A stretch of 64,000 nt of DNA from a candidate division FCPU426 bacterium (lineage in GTDB: Bacteria; Oederibacteriota; Muellerivitia; Muellerivitales; Muellerivitaceae), in the NCBI GenBank assembly GCA_963830915.1, contig CAWHOE010000054.1:1-64000 (forward strand). Reading direction: 5' to 3'. A program made the position numbers and the translations under genes. The notes beneath the pieces are model-generated. The model was not told where the DNA came from, did no database searches, and was given only the letters and a program-made list of their open reading frames with translations. Position 1 is the stretch's first letter, and the number at the start of each line of letters is the position of its first letter. Shown in pieces: positions 63,853 to 64,000 of the stretch.

Positions 63853-64000
63853 GGTTTGCCTTTTCGCTTGGGCGCTTTGGCCGGCTTGATCCCCTCGGCC
63901 TGGGCCAGGGCGAGGAGCAGGGTTTTGCGGTCAGCCTGTCGCTCGACGGCTTGACGGAAGGATTCGTTCTTCAGGGCGTGGGAGAGGGCGGCCAACATTT
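63849..64000 (-). CDS. C-terminus of a probable PTS EIIA-like protein (partial)
   Basis: ..MLAALSHALKNESFRQAVERQADRKTLL..* with an ATGA overlap onto hyfB; resembles the EIIA C-terminal helices. Confidence 0.5.
   Translation of the reverse strand, partial: MLAALSHALKNESFRQAVERQADRKTLLLALAQAEGIKPAKAPKRKGKP

Overview
Bacterial chromosomal origin region from a diderm, moderately GC-rich organism. The Thr/Pro-linker and FlgD-Ig surface protein style suggests a poorly studied soil-type lineage (inference only). Core content: dnaA-dnaN with DnaA-box clusters on both sides of dnaA and a DnaA-trio unwinding element; rpmH-rnpA-yidD-yidC-jag-mnmE-mnmG-rsmG; two perfect parS palindromes; recF-dciA-gyrB-gyrA. 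The usual layout is rearranged: a ~12.5 kb cobamide salvage/uptake (cobU/T/S, cbiX, btuB+riboswitch, btuF, bluB, btuCD) + cydAB block separates rpmH from dnaA, and recF-gyrBA lies downstream of rsmG on the opposite strand. Left end: sigma70-family factor-hspR-like-htrA operon with a HAIR-like operator over its promoter, and a His-less pseudo-histidine kinase with a ~360 aa Pro-rich tail overlapping the end of gyrA. Right side: NHL/FlgD surface protein, DEAD/DUF1998 helicase-RNaseH-like fusion, then an unexplained non-coding array (nine 24-bp repeats at 32/42/158-bp, helically phased spacings, plus a structured element also inserted in frame in the helicase) upstream of a DUF1016/YhcG nuclease and an orphan HTH protein. 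Also present: a GAF-HD-GYP protein, type III glutamine synthetase and an Ehr/Hyf-like operon lacking Ni-binding cysteines. Three 1-2 nt frameshifts suggest residual assembly indels. All calls come from reading the sequence; no database searches were run.
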